DNA of 64,000 nt. It comes from a bacterium (lineage in GTDB: Bacteria > JAAXHH01). A program made the translations under genes and the position numbers. The notes below the pieces were generated by a model that did not search any database, was not told where the DNA came from, and saw only the letters and a list, made by a program, of their open reading frames with translations. The stretch is from the NCBI GenBank assembly GCA_965225915.1, contig OZ245326.1:2616701-2680700 (forward strand), written 5' to 3'. Positions 9,652-17,423 of this stretch are shown in pieces (within the stretch, counting starts at the first letter, position 1; each line of letters starts with the position of its first letter).

Positions 9652-10773
9652 CTATCCAATGAAACGGTGTTTCTCCACGACGTCCATCACCAGTTCCGTC
9701 CCCAGCCCCGGTTTATCTGGAAGTCGGAAATACCCGCTGTCCACGACTGGCGGGTCGGTGAGCAGGTCGTTGCGCCAGGGCGCGTCCTGTTCGTCGTCCA
9801 CGTATTCCAGCACCAGGGCATTCGGGATGTTGGCCATGACGTGCAGGCTCGCGAGCGTGGATACGGCGTTGTTCGGGTTGTGGGGTGAAACCTGCATGTA
9901 GTAGCTTTCGGCCATGGCGGCGATCTTCTTGGTCTCCAGGATGCCGCCCGTGCGCACCACGTCGGGCATGATCATGTCCACCGCCTGTGCGGCGATCAGG
10001 TCCCTGAAGCCGAAGCGCGTGTACCGCCGCTCGCCGACGCATACGGGCACGTTGACTGACGCGGTCACCCGGGCCAGGGCGTCTATGTTCTCCGGGTGGA
10101 CCGGCTCCTCGTAGAACAGGAGGCCGATTTCCTCCAGCCGGTTGCCCAGGCGGATCGCGGCGCTCGTGGTGTATCGGCAACCCACGTCGGTCGCGATGTC
10201 CACGGCGTCGCCCACGGCCTCGCGGCAACGGCGCATGTGATCCAGCGCTGATTTCTCTTCCTGTAGCGTAATGGAACGCGGCGAGTCGATGCGTTCCCCG
10301 GTATCCGGTCTGTCCGACGGGAAGTACGCCTTGATGGCGGTAACGCCCTTTCCGGCCAGCCGGGCGCATTCATCCGGGGAGGCGGCGTGGCTGTAGAACC
10401 GGATGCGCTCACGGCACGGTCCGCCGATGAGGTTGTAGATGGGTTGACCGGTGACCTTGCCCACGATGTCCCAGAGGGCGATCTCGATGCCGCTGATGGC
10501 CGCGATGACCGCGCCGGTTTGTCCGATCTGCTGCAGGGCATGGTACATGCGGTGGTACAGGTACTCGATGTGGAAAGGGTCCTCACCGATGACGAGCTTG
10601 CCCAGTTCCTCCACGGCCTGGCCTATGATCGTGCCCCCAGGCCAGTTCGTCGCGTCTCCCAGGCCCACGACACCCTCGTCGGTATAGACCTGCACGAAAA
10701 TCCACGGCGAGGCGATGTCCGCCGTTTTCCGCCAGGACTCCACCAGGTGTACTTGGACATCGGTTACTTTCAT
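9652..10773 (-). CDS. enolase-superfamily dehydratase (mandelate racemase/muconate lactonizing; galactonate/mannonate dehydratase-like)
   Basis: MKVTDVQVHLV...FVQVYTDEGVVGLGDAT N-terminal capping domain, then a barrel with FYEEPV and CVGER motifs. GGAGG lies 6 nt upstream of the ATG at 10773. Confidence 0.8.
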   Translation of the reverse strand: MKVTDVQVHLVESWRKTADIASPWIFVQVYTDEGVVGLGDATNWPGGTIIGQAVEELGKLVIGEDPFHIEYLYHRMYHALQQIGQTGAVIAAISGIEIALWDIVGKVTGQPIYNLIGGPCRERIRFYSHAASPDECARLAGKGVTAIKAYFPSDRPDTGERIDSPRSITLQEEKSALDHMRRCREAVGDAVDIATDVGCRYTTSAAIRLGNRLEEIGLLFYEEPVHPENIDALARVTASVNVPVCVGERRYTRFGFRDLIAAQAVDMIMPDVVRTGGILETKKIAAMAESYYMQVSPHNPNNAVSTLASLHVMANIPNALVLEYVDDEQDAPWRNDLLTDPPVVDSGYFRLPDKPGLGTELVMDVVEKHRFIG

Positions 10774-10806
10774 GAACCACCTCCGCACCCTTCATCCAGG
10801 CTGACG

Positions 10807-11610
10807 TCAGTCCCGCTGCAGATGGCTGAATTCCGGTCTGGGGCCGCCCTTTTCCCGGTCCCACTGCCACAGTTCCGTGTAGGGAGACTGGACCTGGAAA
10901 CCGAATATGACCGGTCCGTCTTCGCCCGCCCGTTCGAGCACGTCGGGTCGGACCACGCGGGCCATTTCGTATTCGCACCTGGTCCATCGGCGACGCCACG
11001 GACTCAATACCGCGTAGCGCGGCCCTTCGGTCTGGTTCTTCGTCGTGCCGTGCCAGGTGTTGACGTCGAAGAGCACCAGCGAGCCTACAGGTGCGACGGC
11101 GGTCCGGGCGTTGTCATAGGCCGTTTCGGGGACGTCCAGATACTCGTACCGGTGGCTGCCGGGGACGAACTCGGTAGCGCCGTTGATCTCGGTGAAGGGA
11201 CTCAGGCAGAAGATCACGTTGAAGGCGATAGGATGGCTCGTGATCCGCCGGCTCTCGTCCGCTTCGGCCATGGAAGCTTCCCGGTTGTGACCGGTGATGC
11301 CGCTGTCGGAATGCAGCCCGCGCCCGCCCTCACCGGGCATCACCACCGATCCGTACACGGCGCTCAGAAGCGCGTCGGGGCCGAGAAAGTGTCGGACCAG
11401 GCGCAGCAGGTCGGGAAGCTGGTAGAACCGTTCAAAAACCCTCGCCTTGTTGAACAGCCATTCGAAGCCGCCCCGCTCCCTCTCGGGATAACGGGCCTCG
11501 AGTTCTCTGCGCGCCTCGGCGCATTCGTCCGGCGTCAACTGGCTGGACAGGATGGTAAATCCCTCGACCTTCAGGTCCAGCACATGGCCCTCGAATTCTT
11601 CCTTTGTCAT
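10807..11610 (-). CDS. PhyH-family Fe(II)/2OG dioxygenase
   Basis: GLHSDSG (HxD), PGSHRYEY and NTWHGTTKN. The 5' part of the listed 384-aa ORF is Arg/Gly-rich junk that overlaps the next gene, so the start is taken at MTKEEFEG (11610). Confidence 0.8.
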   Translation of the reverse strand: MTKEEFEGHVLDLKVEGFTILSSQLTPDECAEARRELEARYPERERGGFEWLFNKARVFERFYQLPDLLRLVRHFLGPDALLSAVYGSVVMPGEGGRGLHSDSGITGHNREASMAEADESRRITSHPIAFNVIFCLSPFTEINGATEFVPGSHRYEYLDVPETAYDNARTAVAPVGSLVLFDVNTWHGTTKNQTEGPRYAVLSPWRRRWTRCEYEMARVVRPDVLERAGEDGPVIFGFQVQSPYTELWQWDREKGGPRPEFSHLQRD

Positions 11611-11645
11611 GGTATGGATCGTCTTCCCATATGTTGTCGCGTGGC

Positions 11646-12461
11646 CTATCGTCCCGACAGGTCCTCGCCCAGGTCCGTCGCGTCCACCTTGCCCTTTTCC
11701 AGGCTCACGCCCACGACAAAAAGCTCCAGGTCCTCGTCCGTGTGGTTGAAGATCCCGTGAGCCCCGCCGAGCGGGTTGGGGATGGCGTCCCCGCGGACCA
11801 CTGCCTCGGTCTCGTCGTTTACTGTCATCCTGCCCCGGCCGTTCATGATCATGTAGGCTTCCTCCACGAGATCGTGCCGATGGTAGCCCACGGAAGTGCC
11901 GGGCGGCAGCAGGATGTGACAGAGATACTCGAAATTGGTTTGGAAATCCCGGCTTCCCCATACCTCCCGGAACAGCACTTCACCCCGGCCCTCATGGAGC
12001 CGGAGCGGCCTCAGCAGGGATCGGTCGAAACGTCCCACGGGCAGCCGGTCCGTGGACTCCAGGGCGACGTTTCTGCGCGGGTCGTTGAAATCCTCGTGCT
12101 TAGGTTCGCGGACTGTATCCACACAGTGGAAATTGAAGAACCAGGTATCCTGGTCCGTGTGGTTGTAGATGCCGTGGGACTCGCCTGATCGCAGGGGTAC
12201 CGCGGCGCCGCCCGTGACCTCGGCCGTGCGTCCGTTGTGGGTGAACTGCATGGCGTTGTCGATGCTGACGAAGATCTCTTCCGCGTAGGTGTGGCTGTGT
12301 TCACCGATGCCGCTGCCGGGCGGGAAGATCACGGAATGGATGAACCCCCAGGGAGACTTGAATGCCGTGGCGTCGAACCCGGGGTTGAAATAGCTCGCCG
12401 CGGCGCCGCCGTGGCTGACACCCAGGTGCATTTCTTCCCGTCTGGTATGGGATATCAACAT
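11646..12461 (-). CDS. bicupin protein
   Basis: Two cupin motifs (GIGEHSHTYAEEIFV and SVGYHRHDLVEEAYMIMNG). The ATG at 12461 has GGGAG 8 nt upstream. Confidence 0.6.
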   Translation of the reverse strand: MLISHTRREEMHLGVSHGGAAASYFNPGFDATAFKSPWGFIHSVIFPPGSGIGEHSHTYAEEIFVSIDNAMQFTHNGRTAEVTGGAAVPLRSGESHGIYNHTDQDTWFFNFHCVDTVREPKHEDFNDPRRNVALESTDRLPVGRFDRSLLRPLRLHEGRGEVLFREVWGSRDFQTNFEYLCHILLPPGTSVGYHRHDLVEEAYMIMNGRGRMTVNDETEAVVRGDAIPNPLGGAHGIFNHTDEDLELFVVGVSLEKGKVDATDLGEDLSGR

Positions 12462-12518
12462 GTGGTCCGCTCCCGACACCCGGAAGATAGCATCATCCAG
12501 GGCGCGTATTTCGGATCA

Positions 12519-13319
12519 CTACAGGGTGACTTCCTCAACGGCTTGCGTACCGGTCTCGTAAGCAGGCCGCCACCGGTCGTGGGCCATGGATTCTTCCTCG
12601 GTCAGACCGCACAGCCAGTTCCAGGTGTGTATACGTCGCCTCGTGTCCCGGTAGGATTCAACCCCGCTCGTGTAGGGAGCGGACGGGCGATCCCGGTACT
12701 CGGGGATTGCTTCCGAATCGATCAGCCAATCGCGCCGCGGCGGAGTGTTCCGGAAGTAGGAGAATTTGATCATGCTACGGGGCTTGTGATTGAGCTTCGG
12801 ACCGGCCCTGTGCCAGATGCCGTAGCGTGTAATGGCCACGGTGCCGGCCTTCACGACCAGCGAAAGCTGGCCCGTGAGATCGCCGTAGTGGGCCAGGGCG
12901 TCGCGGTTGACCGCCCGGCAGTGGGAACCGGGCAGGATCATGGTCGGGCCATCCTCGATCCCCACGTCCTGCGGATAGTAGTAGCACTGGAGTTCGTTGA
13001 TCTCGTAACCATGGCCGGATATACCGTCCGAATGCCAGTCCTGTCCCGAGACCGGCTCGTTCATGAGGTGGTGATGACCCCCCGTCGGCATCAGGAAATT
13101 GGGACCGAGCAGCGATCGTATCACGCCCGCCAACCGGGGATGGAGCAGGACTTCGCGGACGAAATCGGGAGAACCGACCAGTTCCTTCGCGGGGCCTACC
13201 TTGACGTTGCAGCACCGCTCGTTGAAATCGGGATCCACCATGGCTACGAGCACCGCGTATCCCTTGGCCACGAAATCCATCACGTCGTCATCGGTCATCG
13301 TCGGTCTGATCTCCGCCAT
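12519..13319 (-). CDS. PhyH-family Fe(II)/2OG dioxygenase
   Basis: DWHSDG (HxD), LPGSHCR and GIWHRAGPK. GGAGG lies 7 nt upstream of the ATG. Confidence 0.8.
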   Translation of the reverse strand: MAEIRPTMTDDDVMDFVAKGYAVLVAMVDPDFNERCCNVKVGPAKELVGSPDFVREVLLHPRLAGVIRSLLGPNFLMPTGGHHHLMNEPVSGQDWHSDGISGHGYEINELQCYYYPQDVGIEDGPTMILPGSHCRAVNRDALAHYGDLTGQLSLVVKAGTVAITRYGIWHRAGPKLNHKPRSMIKFSYFRNTPPRRDWLIDSEAIPEYRDRPSAPYTSGVESYRDTRRRIHTWNWLCGLTEEESMAHDRWRPAYETGTQAVEEVTL

Positions 13320-13331
13320 CGCATCGCCTCC

Positions 13332-13694
13332 TCAGTTCCACTTCTCGAGTATGAAATCGAAACCCACGTAGTCGTTTTCAAGGTCCTTGTATTCGTAAAG
13401 CTTGGGGATAGGGTACTGCACCACGCGCCATCCGTCGGCAACAGCCTCCAGCACGGAGTCGTAAGGCGGCTCGTCGCCCGGCAGCCTGAGTTCCGGCCAC
13501 TCGCCTGGGACGAACACCGCCCAACCGACGATCCCGGATCGCATGCTGGTCGACCGTGCCGTCAGGTACATGGTCTTCGGCCGGGGCGGGTTTTCCACCA
13601 GGGCTTCCAGTCGATCGAGGTCCCGCGCATCCAGTGACCCATCTTCAAGTTTCTTACGGCTTACGGCTAGCCATTGACTGATCTCCGATTGCAT
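13332..13694 (-). CDS. hypothetical 120-aa protein, first gene of the minus-strand PhyH/cupin operon
   Basis: An ORF with genome-typical composition whose stop lies 12 bp from the next gene start. I recognise no family. Confidence 0.5.
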   Translation of the reverse strand: MQSEISQWLAVSRKKLEDGSLDARDLDRLEALVENPPRPKTMYLTARSTSMRSGIVGWAVFVPGEWPELRLPGDEPPYDSVLEAVADGWRVVQYPIPKLYEYKDLENDYVGFDFILEKWN

Positions 13695-13884
13695 GTCACA
13701 AGCCCTTGTGTATCAGTATATAGTCCGATAATTAAAAGTGTGAATGGTGTGTGGAATTCGGTATGCCTGACCGGGATTGTACAGGCGAAAAGGACACGTT
13801 GTCAAGCATGATCGAAGTTTGCCCGCTACCGGAATCCGGCATCCGCGGCAGGCTTGACAGCAGCGCCGCGGCCCCATATGTTCC

Positions 13885-14667
13885 ATGGACCTGAAACCCG
13901 GATTCCAGGATAGCCCAATGTCCGATTTGAAACCCTTGAACACCCAGCAGATCAACCAATTCAAGTTGAACGGCTACCTGGTTCTGGAGAACGTGTTCGA
14001 CGAAGAGACCGTCGAGGCCTGGCGCCGGCAAATCTGGCGGAAACTGAACAGTTCGCTGGAGGAACCTGAAACCTGGCCCAGGGAAACGAGCGGTCTGGAC
14101 GGGTATGAATATGATCCGCCCGATTCGGCCCTCGTGCACCATCCGTACATGATGGCGATCATGGACCAGTTCAGCGGCGGGACCTTCGTTGCCGGGGACG
14201 GCATTCCCATCATTCGCTGGCCGGAGCTGGAACGTACATGGCAAATGCCGAAAACAGGGCATATCGACGCCTACGGGGGACGCTGGCTGCCCTTCATGAT
14301 CGGCGCGACAACCTACCTGTACGACGTGGAACCCGGCGGCGGCGCTCTCATCTACTGGCCGGGAAGCCACTTTGCGGCCCACCGGTATTTTCTGGAACAT
14401 CCTTCGCAGGTGGACGGCAATTTTCTGGAGATCGAAGGTTTCTCGTGGGACGTATTCTGCGACAACCCGGCCACCGGCGGCCGGGAGTTTGCCGCGAAGG
14501 CCGGCGACTTGGTGCTGTGGCATTCCTACCTGACCCACAACGGTTCGGAAAACACGGGTACTATGCCGCGCATCGCCCTATTCGCCCGATGGAACCACGA
14601 AAGACACCTGGAGAAAGCCTTTCGCTACGAGATCCCCGATGATCTGTGGAAATACTGGGCGGTGTGA
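13885..14667 (+). CDS. PhyH-family Fe(II)/2OG dioxygenase
   Basis: GHIDAYGG (HxD), WPGSHF and YLTHNGSEN. An alternative start, MSDLKPL, lies at 13918. Confidence 0.8.
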   Translation: MDLKPGFQDSPMSDLKPLNTQQINQFKLNGYLVLENVFDEETVEAWRRQIWRKLNSSLEEPETWPRETSGLDGYEYDPPDSALVHHPYMMAIMDQFSGGTFVAGDGIPIIRWPELERTWQMPKTGHIDAYGGRWLPFMIGATTYLYDVEPGGGALIYWPGSHFAAHRYFLEHPSQVDGNFLEIEGFSWDVFCDNPATGGREFAAKAGDLVLWHSYLTHNGSENTGTMPRIALFARWNHERHLEKAFRYEIPDDLWKYWAV

Positions 14668-14724
14668 CCCGTTGGATAACCTAACAATGTTGGCTATGTT
14701 TAAGAAAAACGCGGAGTTGGAGCT

Positions 14725-16119
14725 ATGGAAATAAGAAAACTCATTTTAAGGGATGTTCGATGTTTTGCCGGTCGACAGGAGTTCGTTATCTGCCCACTTA
14801 CATTTTTGGTGGGAGAAAACAGTACTGGTAAAACTACGGTTCTAGGTTGCTTGCAAGCAGTTTATGATTTCATGTGTAGGAAAGGTTATAGTCTAAACTT
14901 CAATGTAGATCCTTACCCAATGGGAGCATTTTCAAATTTAGTTAGGAGATCTAATCCGACAATAAAACAGTTCCTGGTTGGGTTAGAACTACAGGCCTCA
15001 AAGAAAAAGGAACCGGTTGAATATACATTGATTCTGGTTGCGAGAGAGGAAGGTTCAGAACCCGTAATAAAGGAACAAAAGATAGTTACTAAGCAAGGAG
15101 AGGCGTTTTTCTTCAGGGATGACAGGGAAGCAGATACAACGAAATCTATTCAAAACGATGATTCATCTATCATGAACTTAGGATTCGAAATTGTTGACTG
15201 TTCTGAAGAAAGCGGATACACGAAATTTACTTTAAAAGAAGCAACGGAGCTGAGATTGGATCTCTCACTGTTAGGTTTATTTAGATCTGAGAGTGCGAGG
15301 ACTTTTGGATCTATAAGAGGCGACAGAATCAATTCAGTACCCAAGAACTTTAGAGTTTTTGAGAAATTCAGAAATGCTATTTCGAATTTACTCGATATAA
15401 AACCTAGTTCCTTGTTCTTCAGCAATAGTAGGTTTGACCAACCTGATATAGTCAGTTTTGCTCCGGTGCGCTCTAAACCTCAACGCACCTACAATCCGTT
15501 TAAAGAGGAAGAGAACCCAGAAGGAATCGACATCCCGATGTTGATTATGAATATGTCAAGAGCGAATAAGGATAGATGGGGTGAACTAAGAGACAGTTTA
15601 ATTAAGTTTGGAAAATCATCTGGCTTGTTTACCGATGTAAATGTCAGAAGACTGGGGAAGTCAATTGGCGATCCATATCAACTACAGATTAAGGTAAAAG
15701 GACCTAAAGTAAATTTCACTGATGTGGGATACGGAGTGAGTCAAATTCTTCCGATCCTTGTCCGAATCTACAACGCATACTCTAAGACGGTTTTCTTAAT
15801 GCAGCAGCCAGAGGTACATTTACATCCCAAAGGCCAAGCTGAACTGTCTTCAATGTTGATTGAAACCATTAAAAGCAAGAAGCACAGATATGTGATTGAG
15901 ACTCATAGTGATGCTATGGTAAATAGAGCACGAATTGAAATCATGAATGGTGTAATCGCACCACAGGATGTCTCACTTATATACTTAGAACCTGTTGGCA
16001 ACCGAGTGAGAGTTCACAATATAAGTTTCGACAAACAAGGCAATCTTATAGGTGCTCCACCTGGCTATAGAAACTTTTTCATAAATGAATCGGATAGGTT
16101 ACTAGGTTTTACAAATTGA
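14725..16119 (+). CDS. ABC/SMC-like ATPase of the AAA_21/AAA_15 type with DUF3696-like C-terminus
   Basis: Walker A GENSTGKTT (aa 30-38), Q-loop-like RSKPQRTY and signature-like DVGYGVSQILPIL. Walker B/D-loop is VFLMQQPEVHLHP and the H-loop is IETHSD. A ~300-aa insert separates Walker A from the signature motif. The C-terminal tail is FDKQGNLIGAPPGYRNFF. Confidence 0.8.
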   Translation: MEIRKLILRDVRCFAGRQEFVICPLTFLVGENSTGKTTVLGCLQAVYDFMCRKGYSLNFNVDPYPMGAFSNLVRRSNPTIKQFLVGLELQASKKKEPVEYTLILVAREEGSEPVIKEQKIVTKQGEAFFFRDDREADTTKSIQNDDSSIMNLGFEIVDCSEESGYTKFTLKEATELRLDLSLLGLFRSESARTFGSIRGDRINSVPKNFRVFEKFRNAISNLLDIKPSSLFFSNSRFDQPDIVSFAPVRSKPQRTYNPFKEEENPEGIDIPMLIMNMSRANKDRWGELRDSLIKFGKSSGLFTDVNVRRLGKSIGDPYQLQIKVKGPKVNFTDVGYGVSQILPILVRIYNAYSKTVFLMQQPEVHLHPKGQAELSSMLIETIKSKKHRYVIETHSDAMVNRARIEIMNGVIAPQDVSLIYLEPVGNRVRVHNISFDKQGNLIGAPPGYRNFFINESDRLLGFTN

Positions 16120-16129
16120 AAGTACATTT

Positions 16130-16543
16130 ATGTGTCTTATTTTAGATACCAACAAATTTAGTGAGTATGTAAATCCTGAAAACCAAGATATGGAACTCGT
16201 AAGAAAATGGATGAGCAAAAATGGTAAGATGGTGTACTCACCGACATTAAAATTGAAACAAGAATTGGAAAAACACGACAAGATGAGAAAGCAGTTTGAT
16301 CAATTCAGAGAAAATGGAAAACTGAAACAATATCCAGCAAGAGAAGTTGAACAGGATAAAAGATCATTACCTCAACTGAAATCTGACGACCCTGATATAA
16401 TCGCCTTGGCCAGGATAGCCAAGGTTAAGCTGTTAGTCTCGGGCGACACCAATCTGCATACTGACTTTAAATCTGTTGTTAACGGGAGTGTTTACCAAAC
16501 CACGAAACACAAAAAACTGTTGAGACAAGACACCTGCCCTTAA
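16130..16543 (+). CDS. small PIN-like (VapC-like) putative nuclease
   Basis: The acidic residues fall in PIN-typical contexts: ILDTN (D6), QELE (E45/E47), SDDPDIIALARIAKVKLLVSGDTNLHTDF (D86/87/89, D106, D112). It starts 10 bp after the ATPase stop and shares the AT-rich composition. Confidence 0.5.
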   Translation: MCLILDTNKFSEYVNPENQDMELVRKWMSKNGKMVYSPTLKLKQELEKHDKMRKQFDQFRENGKLKQYPAREVEQDKRSLPQLKSDDPDIIALARIAKVKLLVSGDTNLHTDFKSVVNGSVYQTTKHKKLLRQDTCP

Positions 16544-16589
16544 GTTTTGTACCCGCATTTTTTAATTCTAAAATGTTTATTAGCGTTCC

Positions 16590-17417
16590 ATGAACGAGAC
16601 CCCCCGTTACCTGTCCGGCGAACAACTGGATCAATTCTGGTCCGACGGCTACCTGGTGCTGAAGGGCACCCTGAACGCCGCTACCGTGGAAACCGCCCGC
16701 AACGCCATTCTTGACCTGATCCCCCGCGACCTTTCCCTGCCGGACCACTATATCGCGTACTGCGGCAGAATCAAGCCCATGCACACTGACGGAAACCACA
16801 GTTTCTACAGTCCGGCGCTGCTTCCCCTGCTTCAAAATGAAGGGCTCTACCGGGCCGCGGCCGATATCCTCGAAACCGACTGCATCCGGGTGGGAGACGG
16901 CTCCGTGGGGATTACCCTGCGTGATTCGGGGCGCGAAGGGCGCATTCAGAACCTGCACCTGGACGCGCGGCCGGGCGGACCGGAGGATCTGAACCGTCCA
17001 TTCCTGCGCCACGGGATCGGCATCGGCGGATGCTACTACCTGTCTCCCGTCGAAGAAAACGGCGGCGGCATCCACGTTATTCCCGGCGCGCCGAACAGGG
17101 TGAGGGACGTCATGCTCAACGAACCGGAAGGACTGTCGCGCAACGACACCTGGACCCACGTCGTCGATTTTCCGCCGTCGGTGGAGGTCAAAGGGGACGC
17201 CGGCGACTTCGTGCTCATGCACCACCTGATGCCCCACGCCGCCAGCGCCAACCACCGTAGTGTGCCCAGGGTCGCCCATTTCACCCGCCTGTATCCCCTG
17301 GAGGGCGAAGAGGCCCGTCTCGCCCCGGGACCCGACCGATCCATGAGTTCCGAAGCACTGGCCATGCTGACGCCACTGGGCCGCAAGTTGTTCCGTATGG
17401 ATCCCTGGATCGAGTAA
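16590..17417 (+). CDS. PhyH-family Fe(II)/2OG dioxygenase
   Basis: NLHLDARPG (HxD), a distal HLMPHAASAN, and the N-terminal QLDQFWSDGYLVLKG typical of PhyH. Confidence 0.75.
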   Translation: MNETPRYLSGEQLDQFWSDGYLVLKGTLNAATVETARNAILDLIPRDLSLPDHYIAYCGRIKPMHTDGNHSFYSPALLPLLQNEGLYRAAADILETDCIRVGDGSVGITLRDSGREGRIQNLHLDARPGGPEDLNRPFLRHGIGIGGCYYLSPVEENGGGIHVIPGAPNRVRDVMLNEPEGLSRNDTWTHVVDFPPSVEVKGDAGDFVLMHHLMPHAASANHRSVPRVAHFTRLYPLEGEEARLAPGPDRSMSSEALAMLTPLGRKLFRMDPWIE

Positions 17418-17423
17418 CATAAT

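Larger units (their letters stand above)
14668..16589. other. low-GC islet (putatively horizontally acquired) carrying a two-gene ATPase/PIN-like module
   Basis: Hand counts of 60-nt lines inside the islet give 33-40% GC. One adjacent flank line counted 53%, and the flanks look like 55-65% overall. The composition switch coincides exactly with the intergenic borders of the two flanking PhyH genes. Confidence 0.75.

Noticed and set aside
10807-11961. 5' extensions of listed ORFs: 10807-11961, 35257-36612, 37832-38884, 30521-31768, 34223-35317, 1461-2678 and 45780-46610.
   Set aside because: The extensions overlap neighbouring genes or consist of junk-like sequence. Internal ATG or GTG starts fit family N-termini, in several cases with Shine-Dalgarno-like boxes, so shorter coordinates were used.
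14668-16589. Target-site duplication or att-like direct repeats flanking the AT-rich islet.
   Set aside because: The only shared string found by eye near both borders is the 7-mer atgttta (around 14697 and 16573), which is expected by chance in AT-rich DNA. No integrase, transposase or tRNA is adjacent.
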